Shown: positions 28,865-37,582 of the stretch, in pieces | Numbering within the stretch: the first letter of the stretch is position 1 | Layout of the letters: each line of letters begins with the position of its first letter | DNA from: Desulfurobacteriaceae bacterium | GTDB taxonomy: Bacteria; Aquificota; Aquificia; Desulfurobacteriales; Desulfurobacteriaceae | Assembly (NCBI GenBank): GCA_039832905.1 | Contig: JBDOLX010000114.1 | Coordinates: forward strand, 1 to 39,440 | Direction: 5' to 3' | Length of the DNA stretch: 39,440 bases | Program-made: the position numbers and the translations under genes | Notes under the pieces: generated by a model | What the model was told of the DNA's origin: nothing | Databases searched by the model: none | The model's input: the letters and a program-made list of their open reading frames with translations, nothing else

Positions 28865-28971
28865 TGATATACATGCTAGATACCAACATATGTAGTTACA
28901 TAATTAGAAATAGACCAGAACATGTGAAAGAAAAACTCAAAAAAGTAGAACAACAACATAAAGTGGAATAA
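28864..28971 (+). pseudogene. Truncated PIN-domain toxin (VapC N-terminal 35 codons)
   Basis: MIYMLDTNICSYIIRNRPEHVKEKLKK matches the VapC N-terminus and terminates at 28969-28971. No continuation in any frame. Confidence 0.65.
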
Positions 28972-29102
28972 AAATATAAAGGTGAATTATGGGACTTTTA
29001 ATGAGAAAGTAGACTTAAATTTTTTTAGGAAAAAGAACTCTTTTATTTAAAAAACTTTTCTTTTAAAACCATTGATTCTCTAACAGAAAATCATAACCAT
29101 CT

Positions 29103-29315
29103 TTATCGCAATAGCTTCTCTTTAAAAGCTTTCTTTACCCTCTTTCCAACTTTTTCCGATAGCGCATAAACATAAACACCTGTAACAAGTACTAAAGCTC
29201 CTGAAAAGCCTTGTAATCCTTCAGGAAGGAAAGCTGCTATAACAGCAACAACTACTATTAGAGGGAAAAGAACTATAAACCCCATTAGTCTATCTATCAT
29301 TCTTAGCTCCCTCAA
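29103..29315 (-). CDS. Small membrane protein (70 aa, two predicted TM helices)
   Basis: Hydrophobic stretches FIVLFPLIVVVAVIAAFL and ALVLVTGVYVYAL. Last gene of a 4-gene overlapping operon. Confidence 0.5.
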   Translation of the reverse strand: MRELRMIDRLMGFIVLFPLIVVVAVIAAFLPEGLQGFSGALVLVTGVYVYALSEKVGKRVKKAFKEKLLR

Positions 29316-29764
29316 CTCGCTTTTAAAAGGAACTTCTTTTTAAGCTTCAATTTGCTTAATGTTTCTTCTATTAAATTCTCCATTTCCGGATGCATTTGCT
29401 TTAGTTTATCTAAGGAAAGCATCAATTTTTCAAACATTTCATCATCTAAACCTATTTCTCTCCCTTTTTCTACCTTATCTATTTCGTCAAGCCAAGTGTT
29501 TACTCTACTCAATCTTACCTCAGAAAATTTCCAACCACGACTCTTTAATGGTTCAGCATCTTCTCCCATAGATACGTAAACTACCAAAGAAAGAAGTTCA
29601 TTAACCAACTTAAGACGTAAATTTTCTTCTAGAAGTTTCTTTCTCTCCTCTTCCGAGCTTTTTACTTCTTTTCTTAATCTAACTTTCATTTCTTCCAACT
29701 TCGCTAAAATAAATAACAGAAAAAGCCTTTTTATCATTTCAGATCCATAACGTTGCAGTTTCAC
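29312..29764 (-). CDS. Hypothetical coiled-coil protein (150 aa) in the SPFH/NfeD operon
   Basis: 4-nt overlaps with both neighbours. No recognisable motif. Confidence 0.5.
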   Translation of the reverse strand: MKLQRYGSEMIKRLFLLFILAKLEEMKVRLRKEVKSSEEERKKLLEENLRLKLVNELLSLVVYVSMGEDAEPLKSRGWKFSEVRLSRVNTWLDEIDKVEKGREIGLDDEMFEKLMLSLDKLKQMHPEMENLIEETLSKLKLKKKFLLKAS

Positions 29765-30186
29765 TTTACTTTTTCAACAACAACCTTATTTCCTATAACC
29801 TTTTTAACAACAACTTTATCACCATATTCAAGTTCTTCCTCTGAAAATCCTATCCACAATTCCTCTCCGCCAGCCCCAAGTGGAAACCGGATCTGATAAT
29901 TCATATCGTCCACTTTTTTAACAACAATCCCCTCTTGTCCAATCAGATCAGATAAAGCATCTTCTACACCCTTTACCTTCTTAGCTATTTTGTAACTTAA
30001 GAAAGAAGCCGACAGAAGTCCTAATAGAAAACCTACTGAAAATGAAAAAATACTTGGTGAAAGGGAATAGAATACATATCCTAGAACAAACCCTACTCCT
30101 ACAGGAAATAGGAAAAAGGTCATAACAAAAACATCAATCACTATCAAAGCTAATCCTAATACAAGAAAAACCCATCCATTACTCAT
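29761..30186 (-). CDS. NfeD-family membrane protein (short form, C-terminal OB-fold)
   Basis: N-terminal TM helices. C-terminal GQEGIVVKKV...YQIRF...GEELW...GDKVVVKKVIGNKVVVE beta-barrel pattern. Adjacent to the SPFH gene. Confidence 0.75.
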   Translation of the reverse strand: MSNGWVFLVLGLALIVIDVFVMTFFLFPVGVGFVLGYVFYSLSPSIFSFSVGFLLGLLSASFLSYKIAKKVKGVEDALSDLIGQEGIVVKKVDDMNYQIRFPLGAGGEELWIGFSEEELEYGDKVVVKKVIGNKVVVEKVK

Positions 30187-31051
30187 CTCTCTTTCCTCTT
30201 GAAGTTCCTAAAAGATTTAAAAGTGAATCCACGGAGGACGGAAGAACAACTATCTTTGCATTCTGGCTTTCCGCTATTTTTTCAAGGGACTTTACATAGT
30301 TATCTCCAAGAAGTAATAGTCCTGCAAGCTTCTCATCTCCTACCGCTTCTTTTACGCTTTTTACAGCATTTGCCTGTGCTTCACCAATTCTTTCAATAGC
30401 TTCAGCTTCTTGCATCTTGGCAAGCTTATATCCTTCAGCTTCTAGTTCCTGTGCCCTTTTCTTTCCTTCTGCCTCAAGTATCATAGCTTTCTTTTTCCTA
30501 TCCGCTTCAATTAGCATACTCATAGCTTCTGCAATATTTCTTGGTGGTTTTATCTCCCTTACCTCTACCCTATTGATAATAATTCCCCAGCTTTTTGATG
30601 CCCCCTGAAGGACTTCTTTAATCCTTGCATTTATCTTTTCCCTAGAAGAGAGAATTTCGTCAAGTTCCATTCCACCTACAACATCTCTCAAGTTTGTTTG
30701 AATAGTCTGCACAATGGCATACTCAAGATTCTCTATGTTGTAAACAGCAGAAACAGGGTCAACAACCGTAAAGTAACAAACTGCATCTATTCCTACCACA
30801 ACATTGTCTTTGGTAATTACTTCCTGAGAAGGAATATCAAGCACCCGTTCTTTTAGACTTACTTTCGCTATAAGTGAATCAACAAAAGGGATGATAAAAT
30901 GAAGTCCTGCCCCTAATCTCCTGTGGTATCTTCCTAATCTCTCTACTATCCATTCTTCTTTTTGAGGAACAACCTTTACTGATAATAAGAAAATGAGTAT
31001 TAAGAAAACTAGAAGACTTACTGCAATTATTGTTCCTATACTCCATTCCAT
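30179..31051 (-). CDS. SPFH/band-7 (stomatin/prohibitin-like) membrane protein
   Basis: N-terminal TM anchor; SPFH core VVPQKEEWIVERLGRYHR...RVEVREIKPP; coiled-coil A/E/K-rich C-terminus. Confidence 0.85.
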   Translation of the reverse strand: MEWSIGTIIAVSLLVFLILIFLLSVKVVPQKEEWIVERLGRYHRRLGAGLHFIIPFVDSLIAKVSLKERVLDIPSQEVITKDNVVVGIDAVCYFTVVDPVSAVYNIENLEYAIVQTIQTNLRDVVGGMELDEILSSREKINARIKEVLQGASKSWGIIINRVEVREIKPPRNIAEAMSMLIEADRKKKAMILEAEGKKRAQELEAEGYKLAKMQEAEAIERIGEAQANAVKSVKEAVGDEKLAGLLLLGDNYVKSLEKIAESQNAKIVVLPSSVDSLLNLLGTSRGKRDE

Positions 31052-31123
31052 CTTCCCCTCCTATCCTCCTATCGTTTATTATCATAACAGCTAGTTAACC
31101 AAAAAGTAAATAGAGGCTTTGTT

Positions 31124-32461
31124 ATGGACGAAAATCTCAAAAAATTCAATGAGAAAAAAACTTACAGTAAACAGAATACAGCAAAAGAAGTTTTTACTTT
31201 TATCGCAATAATTTTTCCTCTTGCGTTTTTGTTCTACGTTATCTATGTCTCCTACCAAAAGTCCCAAATCAAACCTTTACTTTCCAACTTCCTAGAAGGT
31301 AAAAACCTTTCTATTTCTGAGTATGAGAAACTCTATAACTTCTATGGGATTAATCTAAAAGATAAAGAAGGAAATACTCTTCTCCACCGTTTAACTCTAA
31401 AAGTCTGTTCTCAAAAAATGAATTCTATCCCTCCTTTAATTCCAAGACTTTTAAAAGATGGACTTTCACCAAACGAAAGAAATAGAAAAGGACAAACTCC
31501 CCTCCATCTAGCTGCTGCCTACTGCAAAGATGAAGATACATTAAAAAAACTTCTTTCTCTTTTCCTAAAGTTTGGTGGTGACATAAATGCTAAGGATTGT
31601 GCAGGAAATACTCCACTCTTTTACACAATAGACTATGATGCTTACAACCCTCAAATAAGAACTCTTCTTAAGTTTAATCCAAATGTTAATGTCAAAAATT
31701 ACTACGGATGGACACCTCTTTGCAAAGCCGCATTCTTCGATATTGGAACATCCTTTCAACTTCTACAAAAATATGGAGGGAACATTCGTGAGAAATGTGG
31801 AGAAGTTTCCATTCCAGAACTTGTAAAAACTTTAAGTAGTAGAAAAGTAGCTAATTACCTAGAAAAATTAGGAATAGGTTTTAAAGAAATTAAAGAGTTA
31901 AAAGGAAACTTAAAGAAACTACTTTTTAAATCTTCAATCAATACTTTTTGTGTTAAGGAAGACTTTGAAAAAAACATAGAAAACGCTGTAGCGTTCTCAA
32001 TATATTTTGATCAAGCAGATAGAGTAAAAGCTTTTTTTAAGCACTCCTTATTCTCCTTAAATTCAACGATTACCTCCAAGGAATTTCCTGATACAAAGCT
32101 TAAAAGTTTTTCTCCACTGTTACTGGCTGTTTATAGCAAATCCTGTTCCCCAAAAGTCTTAAGTTATTTTCTAACACTTGGAGTTAACCCTAACAAAAGG
32201 TTAGAGAACGGTAAAACACTCCTTCACATCTGCGTAGAAAGAGGATGTGTCGAATGTGCAAAGCTTCTTATAGAAAATGGAGCAGACGTCCACCTAAAAG
32301 ATAAAAAAGGCTTTACTCCTTACTGTATAGCTGTTGCTAATGGAAGAAAAAGAGTTGTAAAAGAACTTTTAACCTACGGAGCCAATCCTAAAGACCCTTG
32401 TGTTGAAATGGCTAAACTTCTTAGAGAAATGGAAGAGTTCTCTCAAGATACATTGTGGTAA
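31124..32461 (+). CDS. Ankyrin-repeat protein with N-terminal transmembrane anchor
   Basis: TM helix FTFIAIIFPLAFLFYVIYVSY. Ankyrin units GNTLLHRL, GQTPLHLAAAYC, GNTPLFYTI, GWTPLCKAA, GKTLLHICVERGCVECAKLLIENGADVHLKDKKGFTPYCIAVANG. Confidence 0.8.
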   Translation: MDENLKKFNEKKTYSKQNTAKEVFTFIAIIFPLAFLFYVIYVSYQKSQIKPLLSNFLEGKNLSISEYEKLYNFYGINLKDKEGNTLLHRLTLKVCSQKMNSIPPLIPRLLKDGLSPNERNRKGQTPLHLAAAYCKDEDTLKKLLSLFLKFGGDINAKDCAGNTPLFYTIDYDAYNPQIRTLLKFNPNVNVKNYYGWTPLCKAAFFDIGTSFQLLQKYGGNIREKCGEVSIPELVKTLSSRKVANYLEKLGIGFKEIKELKGNLKKLLFKSSINTFCVKEDFEKNIENAVAFSIYFDQADRVKAFFKHSLFSLNSTITSKEFPDTKLKSFSPLLLAVYSKSCSPKVLSYFLTLGVNPNKRLENGKTLLHICVERGCVECAKLLIENGADVHLKDKKGFTPYCIAVANGRKRVVKELLTYGANPKDPCVEMAKLLREMEEFSQDTLW

Positions 32462-32572
32462 GTAAAGAATAAGCCTTACAAAAATAAGTAACTTCTACAC
32501 TATCCACACTCAAGACTGTTCTAGGAAAATTTTCATCGGAAATTTTCTGCTTACTATAGAGTTTTTGTAAGT

Positions 32573-32914
32573 ATGCTATGTTTTATTAAGGAAAGGATCG
32601 AGAAGTTGAAGGTTAAACAGCCAGGAAAAACTCTTCAGAAAATAATTCACGCTTTAAAGGAACACCAAGAAGAGCTTAGAGAAATACACAAGGTTAAGAA
32701 TCTTAAAGTTTTCGGTTCTTATGCTAAGAATGAACAAACAGAAAATAGTGACCTTGACTTAATGGTTTCCTTTGGGAAGACTCTTACTTTGCTTGAGTTC
32801 ATTGAACTTAAAAAGTACTTAGAGAGTATAACAGGAATAAAAGTGGATTTAGTTACAGAAGATGGCATAAGTCCTCATATAAAGCCATATATTGAAGCGA
32901 CTGAGATATTGTAG
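32573..32914 (+). CDS. Minimal nucleotidyltransferase (MNT) antitoxin of a HEPN/MNT pair
   Basis: GSYAKNEQTENSDLDLMVSF matches the GS...SDxD nucleotidyltransferase motif. 113 aa. Confidence 0.75.
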   Translation: MLCFIKERIEKLKVKQPGKTLQKIIHALKEHQEELREIHKVKNLKVFGSYAKNEQTENSDLDLMVSFGKTLTLLEFIELKKYLESITGIKVDLVTEDGISPHIKPYIEATEIL

Positions 32915-32915
32915 T

Positions 32916-33251
32916 TGAAGGAAACAAAAGTGCATCTAAAACCCATTCTTCAAGAACGTGAGTTCTTAATGGAAAACTCTTTAGGTATTTTATGAGTAAT
33001 CATGTGCTTGAACATGCATTTATTAGAAGCCTTGAAATTATAGGCGAAGCCTTGAGAAACTTCCTTTAGATCTAGGAGAACAATATCCTGAAATTCCGTA
33101 AAGAAAATTTGCTGGAATGAGAGATGTTCTAATCAATGATTATTTTGGTGTAGATTACAAACTTATTTGGAAGACTATTATAAAAGAAGTGCCTTTACTT
33201 AAAGAGCAGGTGCAGAAAATCTTGGTAGAAATAGAAGAAAATGAGAAATAA
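32916..33251 (+). pseudogene. HEPN (DUF86) toxin gene decayed by at least two frameshifts/stops
   Basis: Across three frames reads ...NHVLEHAFIRSLEIIGEALRNF / LDLGEQYPEIP / AGMRDVLINDYFGVDYKLIWKTIIKEVPLLKEQVQKIL. This matches the DUF86 consensus including the R-x(4-6)-H-like GMRDVLINDY region, but TTTAG and CCGTAAAG interrupt the frame. Confidence 0.65.
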
Positions 33252-33730
33252 CAATAATCTACTCCTTTCAAACTCTCTAGAAACAACTTCAGTAATTTCT
33301 GACAAGATAAGAGGAAGCTCGTAGTAAGTAACTGCTTCTGTTTATACAATTAGCCAAAACTTCTGCCCGCAGAAATTAGGTTGTAAATAGTTGTTATCCC
33401 TCGGCTTTTCGGATTCTTTGTTGAAAACTATGTAGGTTAAAAAGTTTGTGCATACTCTCTGTGCATTCTGTAATGTGAAAAAATCCTGTGCAATTCTGTG
33501 TAATGTACAGCTGTGCATTTACCTGTGCAGTTTAGTTTTTCTCTATCCATCTAAAACGAAGCGTTATAAGAGGATCATGCCGTTCTAAAAAAAACAAACA
33601 GAACAGGAAACAGGATAGAAAATTGTTTTACTAACCGAAACAACTGTTAAGGTTAAACGTCAACTATGTAAGTACTAATTCACTATAAAATACTAGTATT
33701 CTTTATTCAAAGAAAAACAGGAGAAGACAG

Positions 33731-34249
33731 ATGAAACAGAAGTTTCCTCGCTTTAAAGTACCGAAAGAGATATTAGCAAAAGCAGAGGCAATGTACTGGT
33801 TTCCGTTTCTAAAACATGACATATTTACAAGGCATTACAAAGTTACTAAAGAAATAGAAGAAATGGTTTACTTCACTTACAGAAAACTATCTCGAAATAA
33901 CCCACTTGTAAGCATAGATGAACTACAGGTCGAAACACAACTACCATTAAAAGTAGTTATATCTGCAATACAACAACTAAATAGTAGAGACATCTGTTTG
34001 TTAAAGATAGTGCCCACAAAACTTACAGAATTCGTTATTGGTGGAGAATACGATTATAATGAAATTAAAGAACTCGTTGAAAAAATAGCAGGCAAAAGCC
34101 AATACTATGGATTTGAAGAGTTTGGAATAATGACAAAAATCCTTCAGTTTTTAAAAGGAAAAGGAGTAGATATTGATAACGTCCCTGAATACCCTGATCA
34201 GGAAGAATTTGGAATTACAGAAGATGATTTAAAAAATATAGACATCTAG
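33731..34249 (+). CDS. Hypothetical protein (172 aa)
   Basis: ORF with an AGGAGAAG RBS. No recognisable motif. Confidence 0.5.
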   Translation: MKQKFPRFKVPKEILAKAEAMYWFPFLKHDIFTRHYKVTKEIEEMVYFTYRKLSRNNPLVSIDELQVETQLPLKVVISAIQQLNSRDICLLKIVPTKLTEFVIGGEYDYNEIKELVEKIAGKSQYYGFEEFGIMTKILQFLKGKGVDIDNVPEYPDQEEFGITEDDLKNIDI

Positions 34250-34272
34250 ATCTATCAAGAGGAGTAAAGTAA

Positions 34273-34614
34273 ATGCTGGCTAAAAGAATGTTAGACGAAA
34301 TTTTGATGAATTTAACAGGTAAGTATCTAAGTCTTGATGAGTTTGCAGAAAGATTAAGAGATAGGCTTATATGGCAAGGACTCAAAAATCTACAAATTAA
34401 GATAGACGATGAGGCCTTATGTATTGCAGTTTTTCATCCTGATGACACTCCGATACTCTATACATTCTTAAGTGAACTCAGCGATGAAGACAGAACTGTT
34501 GAAGGACACCAATATGGTTATGTGCACGCAGAATACTGGGTCAGACCAAATCCTATTATTTGGAATAGAGATGGATTAACAAAACTGGAGAAAATTCTTT
34601 TAAGTAAGAAATAG
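34273..34614 (+). CDS. Hypothetical protein (113 aa)
   Basis: ORF with a GAGGAG RBS. 23-nt gap from the preceding gene. Confidence 0.5.
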   Translation: MLAKRMLDEILMNLTGKYLSLDEFAERLRDRLIWQGLKNLQIKIDDEALCIAVFHPDDTPILYTFLSELSDEDRTVEGHQYGYVHAEYWVRPNPIIWNRDGLTKLEKILLSKK

Positions 34615-34877
34615 GGAATAAATTTCAATAACAGAGAAGTTAGACATAACATAAAACAATTCTCAGAGATTTTTCAAGAAAACAGTCAATAATTCTCTTA
34701 ACTCCTAGAACTACCACTAAAAATAGGAAACAGTACATTTAAATATGTTTCATATGTAAATAATATGCATTTTACATACTCAGACAGATACCAATTTCTA
34801 TTTACAAAGGACTACTTTACAAATTAGTTGTAAAGTGAAGTAGACATAATCGTAAATTTCAATCACTGGAGATAAAG

Positions 34878-36071
34878 ATGATTAAAATCTACGCTAACAA
34901 AAAATTAAGTGGTGATCTCTACTACCAGGAAAATGAACATAAATACATTTTCAACTCGAGAATAATCCTATTTCAATTACTATGCCTTTTTCCTACGAGA
35001 GTTATATTTCGAGATTCTACTTACATCCCATATTTGATATGAATATGTCAGAAGGGTATCTCTTCGAACTACTAGTGAATATTTTGCGTAAAGAATTTAG
35101 AAAAGTTAACGACCTTACGATCTTTAAAGCTTTATCCCCTTTCCTTGAGGGCCGGCTAACATATAAAGTAGATGAAAATCCTATTCGCCAGCAAATAGAA
35201 GTAGAGTTATCCTTTGACGATGTCATAGAAGATAACGAAGCAGATCTATTCAAGAAACTTGTAAACGCTTTTTTATTTAAGTCGGCAATATCTGGAGTAC
35301 AATCAAAGGTTCTAGCTACATTAAAGAGTAAAACATCTTTCACAGAAAAAGATTACATAGTTAAAACTTTTAAAGATGAGTTTCCCCATTTAGCAGAAAA
35401 CGAGTATTTCTGTATGAAAGCCATACAGTACGCAAAAATTCCAACTCCAAAGTTTTGGCTTTCTAAGAACAAAAGATTCTTCATAATAGAAAGGTTTGAC
35501 TATAATCGTGAGACCGGAAAATCTAAAGCTTTTGAAGAGTTTTGTGTTTTGTTTAAAAAGCACAGAGTTTCAAAGTATGAAGGATCTTACGAAAAGATTG
35601 CTAAGATTTTAGGAAAAATATCTTCTAATACCGAAAAAGACTTACAAACATACTTTAAGTCAATAGTAATGAACTTTCTACTAAAAAACGGAGATGCTCA
35701 TCTGAAAAATTTCGGAATTCTTTACGATAGCTACGAGAATATAAATAAGATTAGCCCCTGCTTATGACATTGTTAATACAATCGTTTACCTTCCAAAAGA
35801 TAAACCAGCACTTTTTCTTAAAGGGAGAAAAGTATGGTATTCCAAAAAAGAACTTATTAAGTTTGGAGAGGAATTCTGTCTATTAACACCAGAAAAAGCA
35901 AAGGAACTATTTGAAAACTGTGAATTCGCAGTTTCAAAAATAATCAAAGAAATTAAAGAATATGCAGAAGAAGTTCCTGAATTTAAGGAATTTGCTAATA
36001 GAACGGTGGCTATTCTGCACTTCTCCTTGGATAAGAACCTCAAAGAAACCTATAAAGAAATTCCAAAATGA
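34878..36071 (+). pseudogene. hipA: HipA-family Ser/Thr kinase toxin gene split by two frameshifts. Frame 0 at 34878-34958, frame 2 at 34943-35767, frame 0 at 35751-36071
   Basis: N-terminus MIKIYANKKLSGDLYYQENEHKYIF (HipA N-terminal subdomain). Second frame has NNPISITMPF...IFDMNMSEGY, AISGVQSKV (P-loop-like) and LKNGDAHLKNFGILY (catalytic). The third frame restores LAPAYDIVNT and the C-terminus. The stop overlaps the ATG of the downstream HTH gene. Confidence 0.7.
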
Positions 36072-36322
36072 GGTATTCTAATGGAATATTGGGAAATAGG
36101 AAAAAAATCAGAGAACTTAGAAAAAGGAAAGGAGTTACCCAAGAGGAGTTGGTACGTAAAGTCAACATTTCAAGACAGATTCTTTCAACTTTAGAAAATG
36201 GACTTTTGGGCAGAATAACTGTTGCAATGCTAATATACATACTACACCAATTAGGACACGAACTCGACATAAAAGAAAGAAAAAGAACTTTCTTCTTCGA
36301 TCCATCTATGGTAGGCGACTAA
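36068..36322 (+). CDS. XRE-family HTH protein, HipB-like candidate antitoxin
   Basis: KKIRELRKRKGVTQEELVRKVNISRQILSTLENG is a classic XRE helix-turn-helix. ATGA overlap with the hipA remnant. Confidence 0.65.
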   Translation: MRYSNGILGNRKKIRELRKRKGVTQEELVRKVNISRQILSTLENGLLGRITVAMLIYILHQLGHELDIKERKRTFFFDPSMVGD

Positions 36323-36411
36323 CTACTTCCAAATAGTTTTGATTGGAGACTCAAACCTTAAGAATTTTCCCTTTCTATTTTCCTCTTTTGCCTTTTCTTT
36401 TTTCCCAGATT

Positions 36412-36652
36412 TCCCCTCTATCCCGTCTGATTTCGCTTCTAACGAATTCCAAGTTAAATAAAGGTATTACTTCCCCCCCTCTATCTCGTCTCAGAGACCC
36501 AAATCCGTTAACGAGAGAGTGTCTCTTTTCCAGTCTTAGAACTGTATCCCTGATTGATAGCAATAAGCAATAACAGTCAAACTTTAAGTCAAAACTTCTG
36601 AGGGCAGAAGTAATGCTGATTGACAAGTTGGCAGATTGGCAGGTCTGCTTAC
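36412..36652. repeat. Conserved ~245-bp noncoding block, copy A (counterpart of 39353-39440+1-175)
   Basis: See the feature at 1-175. Contains hairpin CTTCTGAGGGCAGAAG (36595-36610) and GCTGATTGACAAG / CAGATTGGCAGG direct repeats. Confidence 0.8.
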
Positions 36653-36689
36653 AAAGGTAAGAACGAAAATGAAAAGTGGAAAGTAAAAA

Positions 36690-36890
36690 GTAGGAATTTG
36701 AATGCTGAAATCTGAATTTTGAAAGCTGGAAGCTGAATGCTGAATTCAGGATGTTGAATGTTGAAATCTGAATTCAGAATTCTGAAAGTTAAATGCTGAG
36801 TTCTGAATGTTGAATTCAGAATGCTGAATGTTAAATGTTAAATGTTAAATGTTGAATGTTAAATGTTGAAACTTAATCTGAATTTAAATT
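36690..36890. repeat. Tandem array of ~11-bp units (TGAATGCTGAA / TGAATGTTAAA) and AATTCAGAATTCTGA palindromes
   Basis: Visible as AATGTTAAATGTTAAATGTTAAATGTTGAATGTTAAATGTTGAAA. Not CRISPR. Confidence 0.8.
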
Positions 36891-37010
36891 CAGAAACTAT
36901 AAAGTCCCTATTTATTAAAAGTAATATTACTTTTAATAGGAAAATGCACAATATATATATATGTGCACATATACATGTGCACAAGATTACTTAACATTGT
37001 GCACACTCTG
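36891..37010. promoter_or_regulatory. Perfect 24-bp palindrome ATTAAAAGTAATATTACTTTTAAT (36914-36937) followed by TGTGCACA-type boxes (36961-36970, 36974-36983, 36998-37007)
   Basis: Counterpart of 363-500. Lies ~400 bp upstream of the iterons. Confidence 0.55.
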
Positions 37011-37149
37011 AATTGTGAATTTCAACTCCTGATTTCGATTTCAATTGAGAAATCAGAACTGGTTTTTGATCTTAATTTGCGGAATCGACTTTCAAAAGTA
37101 GAAAGTAACTTTGAGGCAGATAATCACTCCATTCTAAAAAAACGATAAA

Positions 37150-37582
37150 GCTGCAGCCCCGAAAAAATTTTTTCGCCGCCGCTTTTATAAAAAAAATTGA
37201 AAGTTTTTAGAGGAAAGCGTTTATTAATTAGTTTTCGCTAATGTTGTTAGTTTCGCTTTTTCTAATTCTTTGCTTTAACAAAAAAAAAGAAAAAGCAAGT
37301 TTCAGCCAGCTTCGCTGCATCTGTTAGCAAATCTGTTAAGTAATCTGTTACTTAATCTGTAAGGATGGCTTAGGTTATTGACTCTTAAGATCTTTCTTCA
37401 TGTTTTCTTGTTTGAAAGCACGCACTCTCTTGTTTGAAAGCACGCACTCTCTTGTTTGAAAGCATGCACTCTCTTGTTTGAAAGCACGCACTCTCTTGTT
37501 GTCTATTTGAAACATTTTGACAATACATTGAATGCAATTTAAATCTGTGTTACACTTGCATTAACGTAAGAGGGAGGTATTT
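37150..37582. promoter_or_regulatory. Candidate replication origin (oriV) and rep promoter region
   Basis: AT-rich with A-tracts (AAAAAAAAAGAAAAAG 37281-37296), a GCCGCC island, and direct repeats CTGTTAGCAAATCTGTTAAGTAATCTGTTACTTAATCTGTAAG. The 22-bp iterons lie immediately upstream of the putative rep gene. Confidence 0.6.
37406..37500. repeat. Four complete 22-bp iterons CTTGTTTGAAAGCACGCACTCT (third copy has one C-to-T change) plus a partial fifth
   Basis: Exact tandem repeats at 37406-37427, 37428-37449, 37450-37471 and 37472-37493, 90 bp upstream of the putative rep ATG. Confidence 0.9.

Noticed and set aside
33155-33349. ORF 33155-33349(-), 64 aa
   Set aside because: It is antisense to the HEPN remnant and has no RBS.
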